Origin: Octopus vulgaris
Lineage: Eukaryota
DNA length: 64,000 nucleotides
NCBI GenBank assembly: GCA_951406725.2
Contig: OX597817.1
Coordinates: 13,764,001-13,828,000 of the forward strand
Direction of reading: 5' to 3'
The position numbers and the translations under genes were made by a program. Under the pieces are notes generated by a model. It did not search any database. It saw only the letters and a list, made by a program, of their open reading frames with translations, and was not told the DNA's origin. Shown here piece after piece: positions 41,597 to 55,503 of this stretch (position 1 is the first letter of the stretch; every line of letters begins with the position of its first letter).

Positions 41597-43203
41597 ATAT
41601 GATTGGAAAGAGAAACGAAAGTTCAGAGTGCCGATTCAGTTTCTGTGGGAAATCTCCATGTGATAGACCAGGGGCTATCAAACACAATGCATTAGAGTCA
41701 GTTCCGCCTCGTAGAACAAGCATGAGATATGCAAATATTTTCCGTGTGAACGATAAAGAAAAGATACAACTTTTACAAAGCTTAGTTAAACAGAGAAGAG
41801 TTTACTTATTTTCTTAACTGGAAAATTCGAAATTAAGTAGAAAGGTTTTTTTTTCAACATAATTTAAAGCTTGTTTAAACCACTTGAAAAAAAATTCTGC
41901 ATTGTACTGTCAACTCTCGAACTCCTTTGAGACTGTGCTCCGAGGCTGGCGAGTCTTTGCAACTGCTTCTCATGAAACAAAATGTGCAGTCGAAAACCCC
42001 CTTGAAATTCGGCACCTGTTTACTCTTAAACAAATCCAAGAGTGTTGTAGGAAGATGGAAAGCAAAGCTACGAAGTATGTTTGAACTAATCTCAAATAAT
42101 GGGGACAGACATTTACGCTGCATCCGTTTGTTGTATCGTAGCTCTGTGGTAACAAGATGACGCCATCTTTCCAGCTAATCTAAGTCTACAATGCTAGTTT
42201 GCTCTTTCATATGTCTTTCTTGACGTCCTAACCATAGCTTATGAAAATTAGCAAAAACAGCAGGCATACTCACCTTCTATCATGCAGAAGTAAAACATAC
42301 GTGCACAATCCAATATCACATGTGCGAGGAAATTGATCTTGGAAGGTTTACACGTGCACCGAGGTGCGACAGCAGTGTGTTTCCCTTCACTTTCAGATCA
42401 GCTTGTTTTAAGTTAACGGTAACGGCTCTCCCTTGACTTGACCATTGGATGGAATGATTGATGTATGCAAACGTTAAATTAGTGGAAAAAAAAACAATAA
42501 TATAAATAGTGAAAAACAAAGCGGTGACGTTGATACGGTAGAGAATCTATCTAGATATCTAGAATCAACTGTCTGTAGTTTTGAGCTCTAATCGCACCGA
42601 AGCCATCATTATCAGCCTTTAAGAATCAATAAAAAGTTGTAGTTGCAATGTTTATAGGCGCCTTGCATTGCGTTTAACATGCAATCTACATTAGAATTAC
42701 AACGAAGCCATAAACGAATTTCAAATATCAGTATCTCAATTACACTTTTATTGCGGTCAGGTGTAATTTTAGCTCGCTTGGATATATTTTTATGGTCTAA
42801 TCTTGTTGATTTAATTAAAACCTTTCCTTCTCAAATAGTTAAAAGCATTTTGTAATGATGCACTTTAAAGCAAACATATTGAGTGCCATTTCACTGATGT
42901 GACAGAACATTTTTATAGCCTGTTTCATTGCCACCTTTGCATCCTATCGATAAACGATATTAAACCATAACTACAAACAAAATTCAGCTCAGTTTCCTTT
43001 TCTTTTCTCTTCTCGCAAATGAACCAAGCTTCAGCCTGTTTGGGAAAAACCAGTAAAATATCGGACAAAATACCTTTTTGTATTTAAATACGGCCTGGTA
43101 TGTTCTGAATTCAAAATACTACAGGGATCAACCGTTTTATTTTTTCATCTTTCGGATTTCGTTAAAATAAGCCATCAGTCAAATACGGGGTAATGGTATC
43201 GAT

Positions 43204-44061
43204 AAGGCGGCGAGCTGGCAGAAACGTTAGCACGCTGGGCTAAATGCTTAGCAGTATTTCGTCTGCCGTTACGTTGTGAGTTCAAATTCCGCCGAGGTCG
43301 ACTTTGCCTTTCATCCTTTCGGGGTCGGTAAATTAAGTACCAGTTACACACTGGGGTCGATTTAATCGACTTAATACCCATGTCTGTCCTTGTTTGTCCC
43401 CTCTGTGTTTAGCCCCTTGTGGGTAATAAAGAAATGGGTATCGATAATGCTCCTTCCTTCGAAATTGTTGGCTTTTTACCCAAATTAGAAACATTTATTT
43501 ATTTTATTAGTACAGTGTATCAACAAAATCGTTAGATCATCGGAAAAAATGCTTTGCAATATTTTTGTTCTGGTTGCAATATTTGTTCCGTTTGTTCTGG
43601 TTGCAGGGCGGCGAGCTGGCAGAATCGTTAGCACACCGGGCGAAATGCGTAGCCGTATTTCGTCTGCCGTTACGTTCTGAGTTCAAATTCCACCGAGGTC
43701 GACTTTGCCTTCCATCCTTTGGGGTTGATTAAATAAATACCAGTTACGCACTGGAGTCGATGTAATCGACTTAATCCCTTTGTCCTTGTTTGTCCCCACT
43801 ATGTTTAGGCTCCTGTTTGCAATAAAGAAATAAATATTTGTTCCAGTTAGGGTGGCGAGCTGGTAGAATCGTTAGCACGCCGAGCAAAATACTTGCCGGT
43901 ATTTCGTCCGTCTTTACGTTCTGAGATCAAATTCCACCGATGTTGAATTTGCCTTTCATCCTTTCGGGGTCGATAAAATAAGTACCAGTTGAACACTGAG
44001 GTCGATGTAATCGACTGTTCCCCTTCCCCAGAATTGCTCGCCTTGTGCCAAAATCTGAAAT
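43204..44061 (+). mobile_element. Cluster of three SINE family B copies (43204-43437, 43605-43832, 43849-44061)
   Basis: Each copy has its own head gg(c/t)ggcgagctgg; flanking repeats ggtatcgataa and aatatttgttcc. Confidence 0.88.
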
Positions 44062-44870
44062 AAGACTTTGGTGCCTGGGGGTGTTTCTGAATATTCTGAG
44101 TGGGTACTAATTTTGGTAAACTGTATTTTTGTAAACCGTATTTTCTAAATCTGAGGAGCGCACCTTTGAATAGTGAGGGAGCAGTGTTGTCCGGTTGCAC
44201 CCCGTTAGCGACGGGTATGCCTATGGTATTTTTCTATTTTAAACTTTTATCATTTTATATCGCATTTAAGGAAAAATAGCGTTGATGATTGTAAATTTCC
44301 AACAGGCTAATCACTGGTTCAATGTAATGCTGGCGAGGAGAATGATGAGGGTTATTTCTGTTAGAAAGCACCGATTTTTCTTGTTTTTTTCCTTTGTTGG
44401 TTCACATAAGCCAAATGTGCACATGTGTGTGCGTGTGTGCATGCGCGTGTGTGCACCTACTTATGCATGCATTCACAAATACACCTATTTAGCTACCTGC
44501 TGGCTTCCACACAAATATGCACTCATACATACATACAGACAGACAGAAAGGTAGGCAGACAGACGTACATACACAGAATAAAGACGAATAAAGATATATA
44601 AAATACCATAAAGGATAAATTCTTGATTTACCAAGATTAACTTTCCTTTGAAAGAAGAGCAAACAAGGGAGATAATTTCAAGAATCAAGAATTCTTTGAA
44701 ACTGACATACCTTTGAAGAAAGAATGTTCAGATTGCTACATGGCACGAGAGCAGCTGGTGACACATGTCCCTCTCGCAATAAGCGTCTTCAGCACAGAAG
44801 TTTGCTTTCCTCGGTTCCAGTATACGAAATATTTTGAAATATACTAAAAGAATTGAAGATATTTAAGGTA

Positions 44871-45300
44871 GGCACAAGAGTGGCTGTGAGATAAGTAGCT
44901 TGCTAACCAACCACATGGTTCCGGGTTCAGTCCCACTGCGTGGCATCTTGGGCAAGTGTCTTCTGCTATAGCCCCGGGCCGATCAATGCCTTGTGAGTAG
45001 ATTTGGTAGACGGAAACTGAAAGAAGCCTGTCGTATATATGTATATATATATATATATATGTATGAGTGTGTGTGTTTGTGTGTCTGTGTTTGTCCCCCT
45101 AGCATTGCTTGACAACCGATGCTGGTGTGTTTACATCCCTGTCACTTAGCGGTTCGGCAAAAGAGACCGATAGAATAAGTACTGGGCTTACAAAGAATAA
45201 GTCCCGAGGTCGATTTGCTCGACTAAAGGCGGTGCTCCAGCATGGCCGCAGTCAAATGACTGAAACAAGTAAAAGAGTAAAAGAGTAAAAGAGTAAAGAG
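44871..45300 (+). mobile_element. SINE family A, full length
   Basis: Head, CORE-like segment, central microsatellite and (gtaaaaga)n tail. Confidence 0.92.
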
Positions 45301-45499
45301 GTATATGATTATTTGCGCGATAAAAACGAAGATCAGGTAAAAGAAATAACTGGAAGATTCAGTGGCATAAATATGGAACATAAAGGTGAATAAAGGCATA
45401 TCAAATACCATATAAGAGAAACGGTATTCTTACATACCTTCATGTATATACAATTTGTGTGTGTATGTATGTATGTATGTATGTATGTATGTATGTATG

Positions 45500-45564
<65 letters not shown>

Positions 45565-45582
45565 GCCTGTCTGTCTATCTAT

Positions 45583-45615
<33 letters not shown>

Positions 45616-45641
45616 CGATAGACAGACAAATAGACAGACAA

Positions 45642-45673
<32 letters not shown>

Positions 45674-45719
45674 GTAGGTATGTATGTATGTAGGTATGTA
45701 GGTAGGTAGATAGATAGAT

Positions 45720-45791
<72 letters not shown>

Positions 45792-46640
45792 CATGGCCAT
45801 AATCTTTGGGGGCTGAAACGCATATAAAAAAGAAAGGAATACACACGCATACATTCATATATGGTTTATTTGAACTAAATTCTTTTCTCGCGACGCCTAA
45901 ATTTCACTCAAAAACACCTACACGCTCGTAGATCGAACCCTGGTCCTCGTGGTTGTTACCTATGGTATAAATGCCATGCAGAGACACTGTCAAATGTAAT
46001 TAAATTATTTTATCAGATAACTCGAATACATTGCAGGCTGTTACACATTCGTTTTGGTAATAGCGGTGCAGAAATATAATTAGCTGTGATACAATTAAGT
46101 CGGTTGGAAGCATATTCAGCTTAACTGCTTAATTACCATGTCGATGAGTTTCAGAATAATATAATAATTATGTTGTCTGATCTATTAAAGTTATATTGAT
46201 AGAAATGCTATTATATTGTCAGACCTGCCAGTAATACTAACATATCTGTCTGAAAAAGTAAACCAAAGCTGATTGAGTTAGATTATATTGTATCTGTGCC
46301 AGGCCATAAATTGAAAAATCAATCTTCTGATTGGCTGATACCCTCATCCCGTGAAATAACACTTCCAAATATTGTGAGAGCAAATACCACAAGACATTAT
46401 GTCCAACAAAAATACTCTAATGACCCTGCTAACTCCTACATTCTTTGATAATAGTTTCTAACGTAGACGCAAAGCCCCAAATTTGGAGGAAGGAATAGGT
46501 AGGTTATTTGATTAAATCGACCCCATCACATGACTGGTACTTTATTTTAGCGATTCCAGGCAAAGTCGACCTCAGCGGATTTGAACTCAGCACGTAGCGG
46601 CGGGCGAAATACCGCTAAGCATTTCGTACAGCTTGCCTTC

Positions 46641-46695
<55 letters not shown>

Positions 46696-46730
46696 TAATA
46701 ATAATGATAATAATGATAACAATAATAATT

Positions 46731-47191
46731 TTTCTCTTGGTATAAAAGATGGGCTACAGCAAATATTCTGCTCAATACCACAAATTTGCTTAACCAGTCG
46801 AGCATGTCCCTTAGTGGCTGACGACATGTGCATCTCAGATCACGAACAGAACTAGTGGGAGAGCATCATAGCCATCTGTTGGGAGGAATTCTTTGGGGTT
46901 TGAATAATTCACCCCAGGAAACATTGGTGTTTCTTTCAACACCCTTAAACAACCCTTTTCCAGGGAACCTTTCAGCGGGATGGGCTACTCGACCTGAAGA
47001 AAATTCTAACTGAGTTCCACCTGCAAAGTCATGCGCTGTTTATCTTTATATGAGACCACCATGTCGCGCACATATGATTGTGATGCGTGTGCCTAGTGTA
47101 CCCTTATCAGACGGGTAGTCATGACGGGTATACTGGGATTCGTATATTTTGCCCCAGGATCACTTTGATGGCATGCACTGCTCTCTCATAC
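46731..47191 (+). mobile_element. ~460-bp non-coding element inserted in (TAA)n, copy 2
   Basis: tataaaagatgggctacagcaaatattctgctc...ctgctctctca followed by (aat)n; matches 20520-20985. Confidence 0.8.
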
Positions 47192-47199
47192 AATAATAA

Positions 47200-47503
47200 T
47201 ATTGCAAGAATTTGGAAATAGAAAACTGATTGCAAGAATTTAGAATATGAAAACTGTAAAGGTTGCGCCTATAATAATTGATACACCGGGAAGCAAAGAT
47301 ATAGACAAATTGTTGAAGGAGATTGGTGTAGAATGTCCTGTAGAGCTTCCACAGAAAGTTTGCCTCTTAGGGAGAGGAAAGATTATCAGGAAGGTTTTAA
47401 TCACTTGAAAGACCACTGAAAATTAGTGGAACTCTAAGGTTACAGGTAGTAAACCGCTACCCACATAAATCCTGCCAGGAATAAGACCGAACCTGAGTCA
47501 AAT
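47200..47503 (+). pseudogene. Third R4/Dong-like LINE 3' end in (TAA)n
   Basis: IARI*NMKTVKVAPIIIDTPG...VELPQKVCLLGRGKIIRKVLIT*, then a short UTR and a long (AAT)n. Confidence 0.75.
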
Positions 47504-47504
47504 C

Positions 47505-47687
<183 letters not shown>

Positions 47688-48179
47688 TCTGCCCATGATA
47701 GATGAGATTATGTACAATTGATAACATCACTCAATTTACATGAAATGCTCAATTTACAAACATTTTGGTCAAAATCTCTTACTCTGGATTTTATAAGGTT
47801 ACAAAATTGCTATTATCATCTTTATATACCCCTTTATCATGTCTACTCTCAATAATGTAATTATTTTTCAGATTATACGGTCAATGATGGTCAATGATGG
47901 TCTTATTTATAATATATGAGAGTTTCAAATGACCTAATTTGAGAATGCCATCCTATGGTCCATGCTTTAAAAGGGATTCATTGAAGGATTAAAAATGGTA
48001 AATCATACACCCGTTCATTATTGTTCAGTAAATATTTGATGCTTGTTTCAACCTGAGATTATCGCAGCTTTTTGCCAATCAGTCTACGGTTGATATTTTT
48101 ACGCTACAGAGTTCTGGTTTATTTGCCTTTCGTAAGCATTCGCTGGTTTGTACATTCTTTTCGAAAGGAAACCCATCAT

Positions 48180-49833
48180 TTCAGTGCAAAAGAAAATAAA
48201 CACAAAATGGGCAAAATGTTAAGAGTGTATTCAATGAAGTCATGATCTTAAACCTTCAAAACACCTCAGATTAAAACGGAAGAAACACTGAATTTAGTGC
48301 TTGGGTTTGAGTTTCTGAAAGAAAACGTGATTAAGAAAAAGGAAGATATCGAATATCAAAATAAATTTGTTGAGGAAGCGGGGAAAGTTTAGCGATAAAA
48401 GAAATGTCCTATGAAACTGCATTAATGCTGGCCAAAACGATGGAAACCTTTTTCTGATAGATGAGAAATTTTTAGGCCTTGTCGACAAAAACGAGTTGCA
48501 AGTTGTTTTGCTGATAGAAATATCAAAAGAAAATATGAAATTTCTCTGTCAAAAGCAAACTGTTATGAGAAGCACCGAAGAAAAGTTTTCGTGATGTGTC
48601 TGGGTAACTGAAAGGGTTACTCCTTGCTTATATTTAATTTATTTCTTTTCCTTTTGGAAGATTCTACCAACATATGTGAGTTAGCCTAGTTTAAACATTA
48701 TTTTTTTTTATATAAAAGGAAGTGGTGACGATTTTAACGTTTTTCAAGAACTTATGTCTCGAGACGCTTCACGGAAATGTCGTGCTCAACAAAGATCTAA
48801 AATTAAATTTTAGTAAATTCATTAGAATTTGTACTGACGAAACTCCATCATTGTTTGATAAAGCTTCTCAGACTGCTATTTTGATAGAAACATTTTCCAG
48901 TCGTTCTCCACAAAAATCTCACTGTACGCGAAAACTTCAACGTTGCATGTTATATCGACGGTTTTGATGCGTGAATAAAATTAAAGCAAGTTCCTTAAAT
49001 AGATGAGGATTCAAAGAATATTGGGAAACATTAAACTTTGAATATGACGATCTTGTACTCCATCATGAGGAGTGCTAGCTTCCTGGAAGACGTGTTCTGA
49101 GAAAAAGTCGTCTGAAAAATAATTCTCATTCATATGATAACCATAGTTCGATGTATTAGCTTTAGTTGGTGTAACCAGTCATTTAATTTGATAACAATTT
49201 ATAGCTACAAGCAAAAACAATTGTGTGTCTGCATAATAAATGTTATCAATGCATTCAAGATGAAATTAAGTATTCAGCTCTCAATTAGATAAGAATTTGA
49301 ATCAGCTTCCGCACTTAAAAGAGCTTAGTGAATACACTGAGTATAATGGCAAGTTTACAAAATGTATTTACAAAGATTAGGTTGTTGCAAGAGTTATTTG
49401 GAAATCGCTTTCATAATTTTGCTAAAGAAAGCTGCATTTTAAAATAAATTTTCACTTAGTAAACAAAAAAAAAAAAATTATGAAAATACCTTCCAACAAA
49501 TAAATGGAACATATTGATTTGAAACAAACTCATTATTGAGAATGAAATTTGATGAAATTCCCTTGGTTTTAAATGCTGTTGACAAAATTAATTTCCGGTG
49601 ATCTTTACCTTTTGGATATTTTACAATAAGAAAATTTTTCATTTCAAACAATTACAGCTCCTTCTCGGAACGATGTACAGATGCGAACAAATATTATTTA
49701 TGACACTATTAGGAAACAAAATGAGGTGAGCATTGCCTGACACTGGCATGAAGAATTCTCTGATGTTGTTACTAATTTAACTCTAATCATTAAAAGCCAA
49801 ACAAAATCGAAACAGATTCAGAAGTCTCATTAA
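48180..49833 (+). pseudogene. Decayed hAT (Charlie/Buster, GTF2IRD2/EPM2AIP1-like) transposase
   Basis: Ordered motifs across frameshifts: KPFSD, ISLS..TVMR, LEDST, ICTDETPSL, HC, FEYDDLVLHHEE, AFKMKL, FGNRFHNF, LGTMYRCEQI, KQIQKSH*. Confidence 0.8.
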
Positions 49834-50469
49834 AATAAGTAATGTTTTCATTTTCTTTTTATATAAAAATATTTCATAATGCAACAGTGCTAACTATAAA
49901 CATGTTTTACACAAGAATTGAACAGAGATAAAGAATTGTACGGTGCACATAAACTCATTTGGGAAAAAATTGGCGCATGAAATGTAGAATAGCTGTTAAG
50001 CCTTTCCTGGATGATATGATAATGAAAAACCGACCAAAGCGTCGGAAATGTGCATATTCCATCAACAGTTCTGCACTGTGCGTGTAACCAAGATATCTAT
50101 CTTCCAAATACTCGTGTAAGCCTAGCCAGAAACAGGTGCCATAATGGAGTCTGCCCTATCACTAAGTAACAACAGCTCTGTGAAATTGACTCGTGACTCA
50201 TTAGCTTGCAGTGTTGAGTTAATCTCTTCGTGTGGGATTTAAACCCCAGCAAGTAAATTTGTAATGGCATTATAATCACCACGAGGCATCATCACCACAT
50301 CATATATATCCACTAAAACATATACACATGTATAGATGCTTGTATAACAGTCCATCCACATTTGTGTCTCCTTGAAGAAATATTTAAGGCTTCCAAATCT
50401 TATTAAAATGTCCTATATCAGTTGAATATATCACAGTCACACACACACACACACGAGCACACACACACG

Positions 50470-50516
<47 letters not shown>

Positions 50517-50973
50517 ATGCACACGCACATACACATAAGGTCAAGTAGAAGCCGGAAAAGGAAAACTTCACACTTTTTACTACAGAGAAGATAAGGTAAA
50601 ATCTCTTCCGCTCTCCCGTTTCCAACAGTATAATATATTAACTTAAAATAAAAGAGATTAAAACAGTTCTTTGTGCCGAGTTTAGACCTATTTTGGCACC
50701 GCATGGATACAGGGCCAGAATATCTTTCTATTCATCACAAATAGCGACAAATATTTTAAACTAAACATTCCAATTCCAATTTACCAAACTCCAAATCAAT
50801 AATTTATGTTATGAGTTATTGTGTAGACATGGCCAATAACTGAAATAACTACTGGAAGGAAATAGTTACATAGATTTACTAGTGATATGTTATAGTGACG
50901 AACCATATGGTCAGAATATCATGAAATTGTGTGAAACAACGCATTAGAAATTGTGGCGCGTTAAGGCCAGTCA

Positions 50974-51197
50974 TTTTTTTTTTTACTTGTTTCAGTCATT
51001 TGACTGCGGCCATGCTGGAGCACCGCCTTTGATCGAGCAACTCGACCCCGGGACTTATTCTTTGTAAGCCCAGTACTTATTCTATCAGCCTCTTTTGCCG
51101 AAATGCTAAGTGACGGAGACGTAAACACACCAGCATCGGTTGTCAAGCAATGCTAGGGGGACAAACACTGCAGACACACAAACACACACACATACAC

Positions 51198-51249
<52 letters not shown>

Positions 51250-51410
51250 GACGGGCTTCTTTCAGTTTCCGTCTACCAAATCCACTCACAAGGCTTGGTC
51301 GGCCCGAGGCTATAGTAGAGGACACTTGCCCAAGGTGCCACGCAGTGGGACTGAACCCGGAACCATGTGGTTGGTAAACAAGCTACTTACCACACAGCCA
51401 CTCCTGCGCC
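50974..51410 (-). mobile_element. SINE family A, full length
   Basis: Reverse complement of the family pattern seen at 13853 and 44871. Confidence 0.92.
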
Positions 51411-51441
51411 GTATATGTGTTGTGGTCATTGTGTGTGTGTG

Positions 51442-52091
51442 CAGGGCCGGCCGCGAAATTTTTTTTCCCATGAGAGTTCCGGATCCCAGTAATGAACTCA
51501 TTTGCATACAGCCAATCACAGCTCTACCTTGTTGTCTAAGTTGTGCCTGATTTCATCAGGAGACAAGTAATTAGAGAGATTTGCATCTATACCTATTATC
51601 GAATTTTGTTAGGGGCCCATATAGTAAAGATGTGGATGGGAAAAATGTGGGTAGAGGGTGATGTGCTAGCAACCCTCTCCCCTTTACTGTGTTACAAAGT
51701 AAACAACAACACCAATAGCTACACAGAGGCAGCCATGGTTGAAACAAGAACAAGAACAACAAGCATTATCAAAAGAGAAAAGAAGCATGGTCATTCCTTG
51801 CCCAAGTGACCTTTATCTTATTGCCCACCACTTGTTATGCGCTCATAAATTAGTTTGATTGTTGAGCTCTGATTGGCTGTATGCAAATGAGTTCATAACT
51901 GGGGTCCGGAACTCTCGTGGGAAGAAAAATTTCGCAGGCCGGCCCTAGGATTGCTGGCGCCCCGGGCAAGCTGAACTTTGGCGTGTACAAATGTGGAAAT
52001 GTCCTTGTCTTTGTCACGCCCTCCTTGGCACTCCTTTGCACATGGCGCCCCGGGCGACTGCCAGAGCTTCCGGTACCTTGAGCAGGCTCTC
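51442..52091. mobile_element. hAT-type MITE interrupted inside its left TIR
   Basis: Removing 51453-51944 restores cagggccggccctaggattgctggcgccccgggc...tggcgccccgggcgactgcc...gagcaggctct, with subterminal ggcgccccgggc repeats. Confidence 0.65.
51453..51935. mobile_element. MULE-like MITE (72-bp TIRs, 9-bp TSD)
   Basis: TIRs at 51453-51524 and 51864-51935; flanks gggccggcc / aggccggcc. Confidence 0.75.
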
Positions 52092-52249
52092 AGTGTGTTA
52101 ATATGTATGTGTGTACGTGTATGTGTACGTGTGTGTACGCGTATGTACGTGAGTGTGTGTGTGCGTGTGTGCGTGTGTGATGTTGTGTTGATTTTCGGTT
52201 TACGGTGAGTCTAGAATTAGTTCACAGAATTTTCGATGTTATGATTGAC

Positions 52250-53150
52250 AAGTTATGTCTTTGAAGACCAGTATCTCATCAGTCGATATCGATCTTGAGA
52301 AGTTTGTTCATATTTCCGACATTCGAGGGCAGAAAACTCCTGTTCAAAATGTAGGTTTTGGCGTTGGGTGACGAGAAACCGTGCGCAGGTATTAATTTTC
52401 AAGCCGTTGTAGTGTCTGTCATATTGTGGTTGTAGCATCCGATGGACTTGTGATGGCCTGCAGCTTGTGCACATTGTGTAGAGAATCGTTGCTGCAACAG
52501 CCTGGTGTCCTATGTTGAAAGTCATTAGTAAGTGTTTTACTTTGTTTTGTTTTCAGCACATCAGCTCTATCAACCCCTAAAGCCTTTTTATTGGGCTAAG
52601 AAATCTGGTTGAACATGTTTGTCTCGCTTGACAGGCGACTCCAAATTGGTTCAGATTTGGATTTTGTAAACGATGGCTATCCCTTCCTTGTCTAGCTTTT
52701 TTTTTTTCAATGGCTAAAGTATCTGTAGAATTTATTTTAAGTTGGTTTCGCTTATAAATCTACATAAATACCATATTAAGTGATAGGTTTATTTAATGCA
52801 TTAAACTATATTCGATTATACAGTGTTTTGTTTAGCAGATTTGAATTTTCTAATGTTGTTCTGGAGATTCTGTTGGAAATTGTTTGCGTAAGTTTTCAAG
52901 CTTACTCTCATGATAAGAGTAAGTTTCATACTGAATAATACTAGCCTTACGCGGATTCGATCCAGTTTAGTCGTTGGTTACTGAGACTGGACATTTGCGG
53001 GTCTTAAAATCATAGTTGCCTTTCAGAAGTTCTGAATTTTCTCTTTCGTATAATTGCGCTTTCCACCTGATTCTTCTTCCTAAGTTCTCAGTTGAAGACG
53101 AGACTTTTCATATATGTCTGCTTAAATAAAAGAAAATGTCTGTTCTCAGT
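52250..53150 (-). pseudogene. Decayed, internally deleted Penelope-like element ORF
   Basis: GRRIRWKAQLY (53048-53080), NYDFKTRKCP (52988-53017), NNFQQNLQNNIRKFKS, then a GIY-YIG-like ILYT...HYNGL in ORF 52253-52525. Confidence 0.55.
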
Positions 53151-53633
53151 GAAAACTGAATCGAGTAGTGATGTATTATTCAATTGGTTCATTGGGTTGT
53201 AGACAGTGTTCAACGAAGGGAGCTGTATAATGGATTCACACTTGTATGAAATGCAATATGATAAAAGGAAGTACAGATTATTGCATGGTTTAATAAATGA
53301 TACTTATTTAAAACTGAGTTTGTGCGAGTCATTACTCGTAGATTTTCGTCTCCGATTTTCAAGTGATTGATTAAAGGAGGATTGAAACTCATATACACAC
53401 AACGGTTGAAGGTTGATCAAACTCGGCGAAAAATTATAGGTTTCACAAATGCGAAAATATCACTCCGTAAAAGAGTAAAATAGTAAAAACCATACCTATT
53501 TCTGTCCACAGAGAGATTATTAACTATGATATTCAGAAACTCGGAAAGAACTAACCTAGTCTCACAAACATAACATTCACTGACAAAGTGCATTAATTAA
53601 TAATACATCTCGACGCAGTGATTCTTTTCTTTT

Positions 53634-54045
53634 TCCCAGTTGGTGAAGTCAATGTCACACTTTTTGAGGTTCGATTTCAGGGAGTCCTTGTAGCGTTTCT
53701 TCTGGCCTCCTTTTGTACGCTTGCCGTCTTTGAGTTGGGAGTAGATCTGTTTGGGAAGTCGTTCGTCTGGGAGGAAACGGCAAAAAACAGACCACTCTGG
53801 AAAACCACCATCCATGAGGAAACGGCGAATTTCGAGTCGAAAAGGTCTGCAGAGCTGGAGGAGAAAAGACGACGACGGAAGGAGCGCCAACAACAACCAC
53901 GTGCGACTCTCCCTTCCGGCACTAGATGTCCGCACTGTGACCGATCTTTTCGAGCAAGAATTGGTCTTATCAGTCACCTGCGGACTCACCAATAAATTTG
54001 CGCGAAGACCATCATCCTCGACCTTGAGGGATTGCCATACTAGTA
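53634..54045 (+). pseudogene. RTE-clade LINE 3' end with inverted 5' segment
   Basis: Plus strand from 53768: WEETAKNRPLW...CPHCDRSFRARIGLISHLRTHQ*. Minus strand 53634-53772: PDERLPKQIYSQLKDGKRTKGGQKKRYKDSLKSNLKKCDIDFTNW. Confidence 0.92.
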
Positions 54046-55297
54046 GTACTTTTTTTTTTATAGATAGTTTGAAATATAAGATATATTTTTTCAATCTTTC
54101 TTTGATTAAGATTTTAACAAGTAACTGATCCCTTTTTCTGCCCACGAAGGTGATGTAGATGGGGTTGGGGATGAAACTTGTGGTGTAACAATTGTAATTG
54201 ATTTTCTTGGAGAGGCTGGATAATATGCTTCCTGGAATGGTATATGCTTTATGTTTCAAATTATCAATAAATAAATGAAATTTTAAAATGTAAAATGTTT
54301 TACTGCGCTCTATAAATGTATACACACATCACATGTACATGTACATGCGCATACACACGTATATATATATATATTGTATATATATATATATATATATATG
54401 CATTTATGGATGTATACAGAGTGACAAAGTGAGTGAGAGAGAGAATGTGAGTGAAACAGAATACGAGGGAGAGTGAGTGAATGAGAGAATGTGTAGGTGA
54501 GAGAGAAAGGCGGGAAAGCCAATATAGACATATTAAATTTATGACAGAGAGAATAACATGATTGAAGTATATATGAATATTGTAATTTTGTGAGAACCGC
54601 AAAGTGAGATATAAAGGTATTTCAATTACTCTGACGATTTTATATTGAGCGAAGTTTGGTCGATAATGTGATGAGAATCAAGCCATGGAATGATAAAAAT
54701 TGAATGTCGTAGTTAAACGCAAAATGTCGTAGAACCAGCGGTTGTTGGCTGTTGACTATGTCCAGGTCATCTCTTGTCGAACATATCTTTGATGAAAGAT
54801 ATTTCAACGTTAACCTTTCTCTTTTTCTGCGTATGTGTGTATGTATATCAGAGTACTTTATTGTAGGTATTGTTTGTTATTAAAGACGGTCAGATGTTAT
54901 TTGAGAGATAATTGGTTGTTATTTGTAGCAGGTTGAGTGGTATCATTTTTGTTGGCTTGTGAATTGATGCTAATGGTTTAAGCTTTATCGGTAGTGTTGG
55001 TGTACTATATAACAAACTATAAGAGCCACTATTATATAACATGCGATAAAACGGATATAAGAGTTAAATTCTATCTTTATATCGAAGATAAATCGTTTCA
55101 TGTCCACTTTGGTTATAATAACTTAACATAATGCACCAGATTCGATAGTCGCCGAATGGAAGTCAGCAGTTTGTGAAATTGGTACAACTACAACATCGAT
55201 TTTTCCAGAATCTTTGGTCCCAAAGCCATACGAGATGACTGATTTTTCCGAACCAGGAGTGGACACACTCTAAATTAAACAAATATTAAATTTACAA

Positions 55298-55454
55298 GCG
55301 TGGCTGTGTGGTAAGAAGCTTGCTTCCCAACTATATAATTCCGGGTTCAGTGCCACTGTGTGGCAACCTTCGGTACATATCTTCTACTATAGCCTCGGAC
55401 TGACCAAAGCCTTGTGAGTGGAACTGGTAGACGAAAACTGAAAAGAATCCTGTC

Positions 55455-55503
<49 letters not shown>

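Noticed and set aside
41880-42090. Possible LINE C-terminal remnant; similar weak hints at 23680-24000 and 32250-32550
   Set aside because: No diagnostic motif is intact enough to support a call without a database search.
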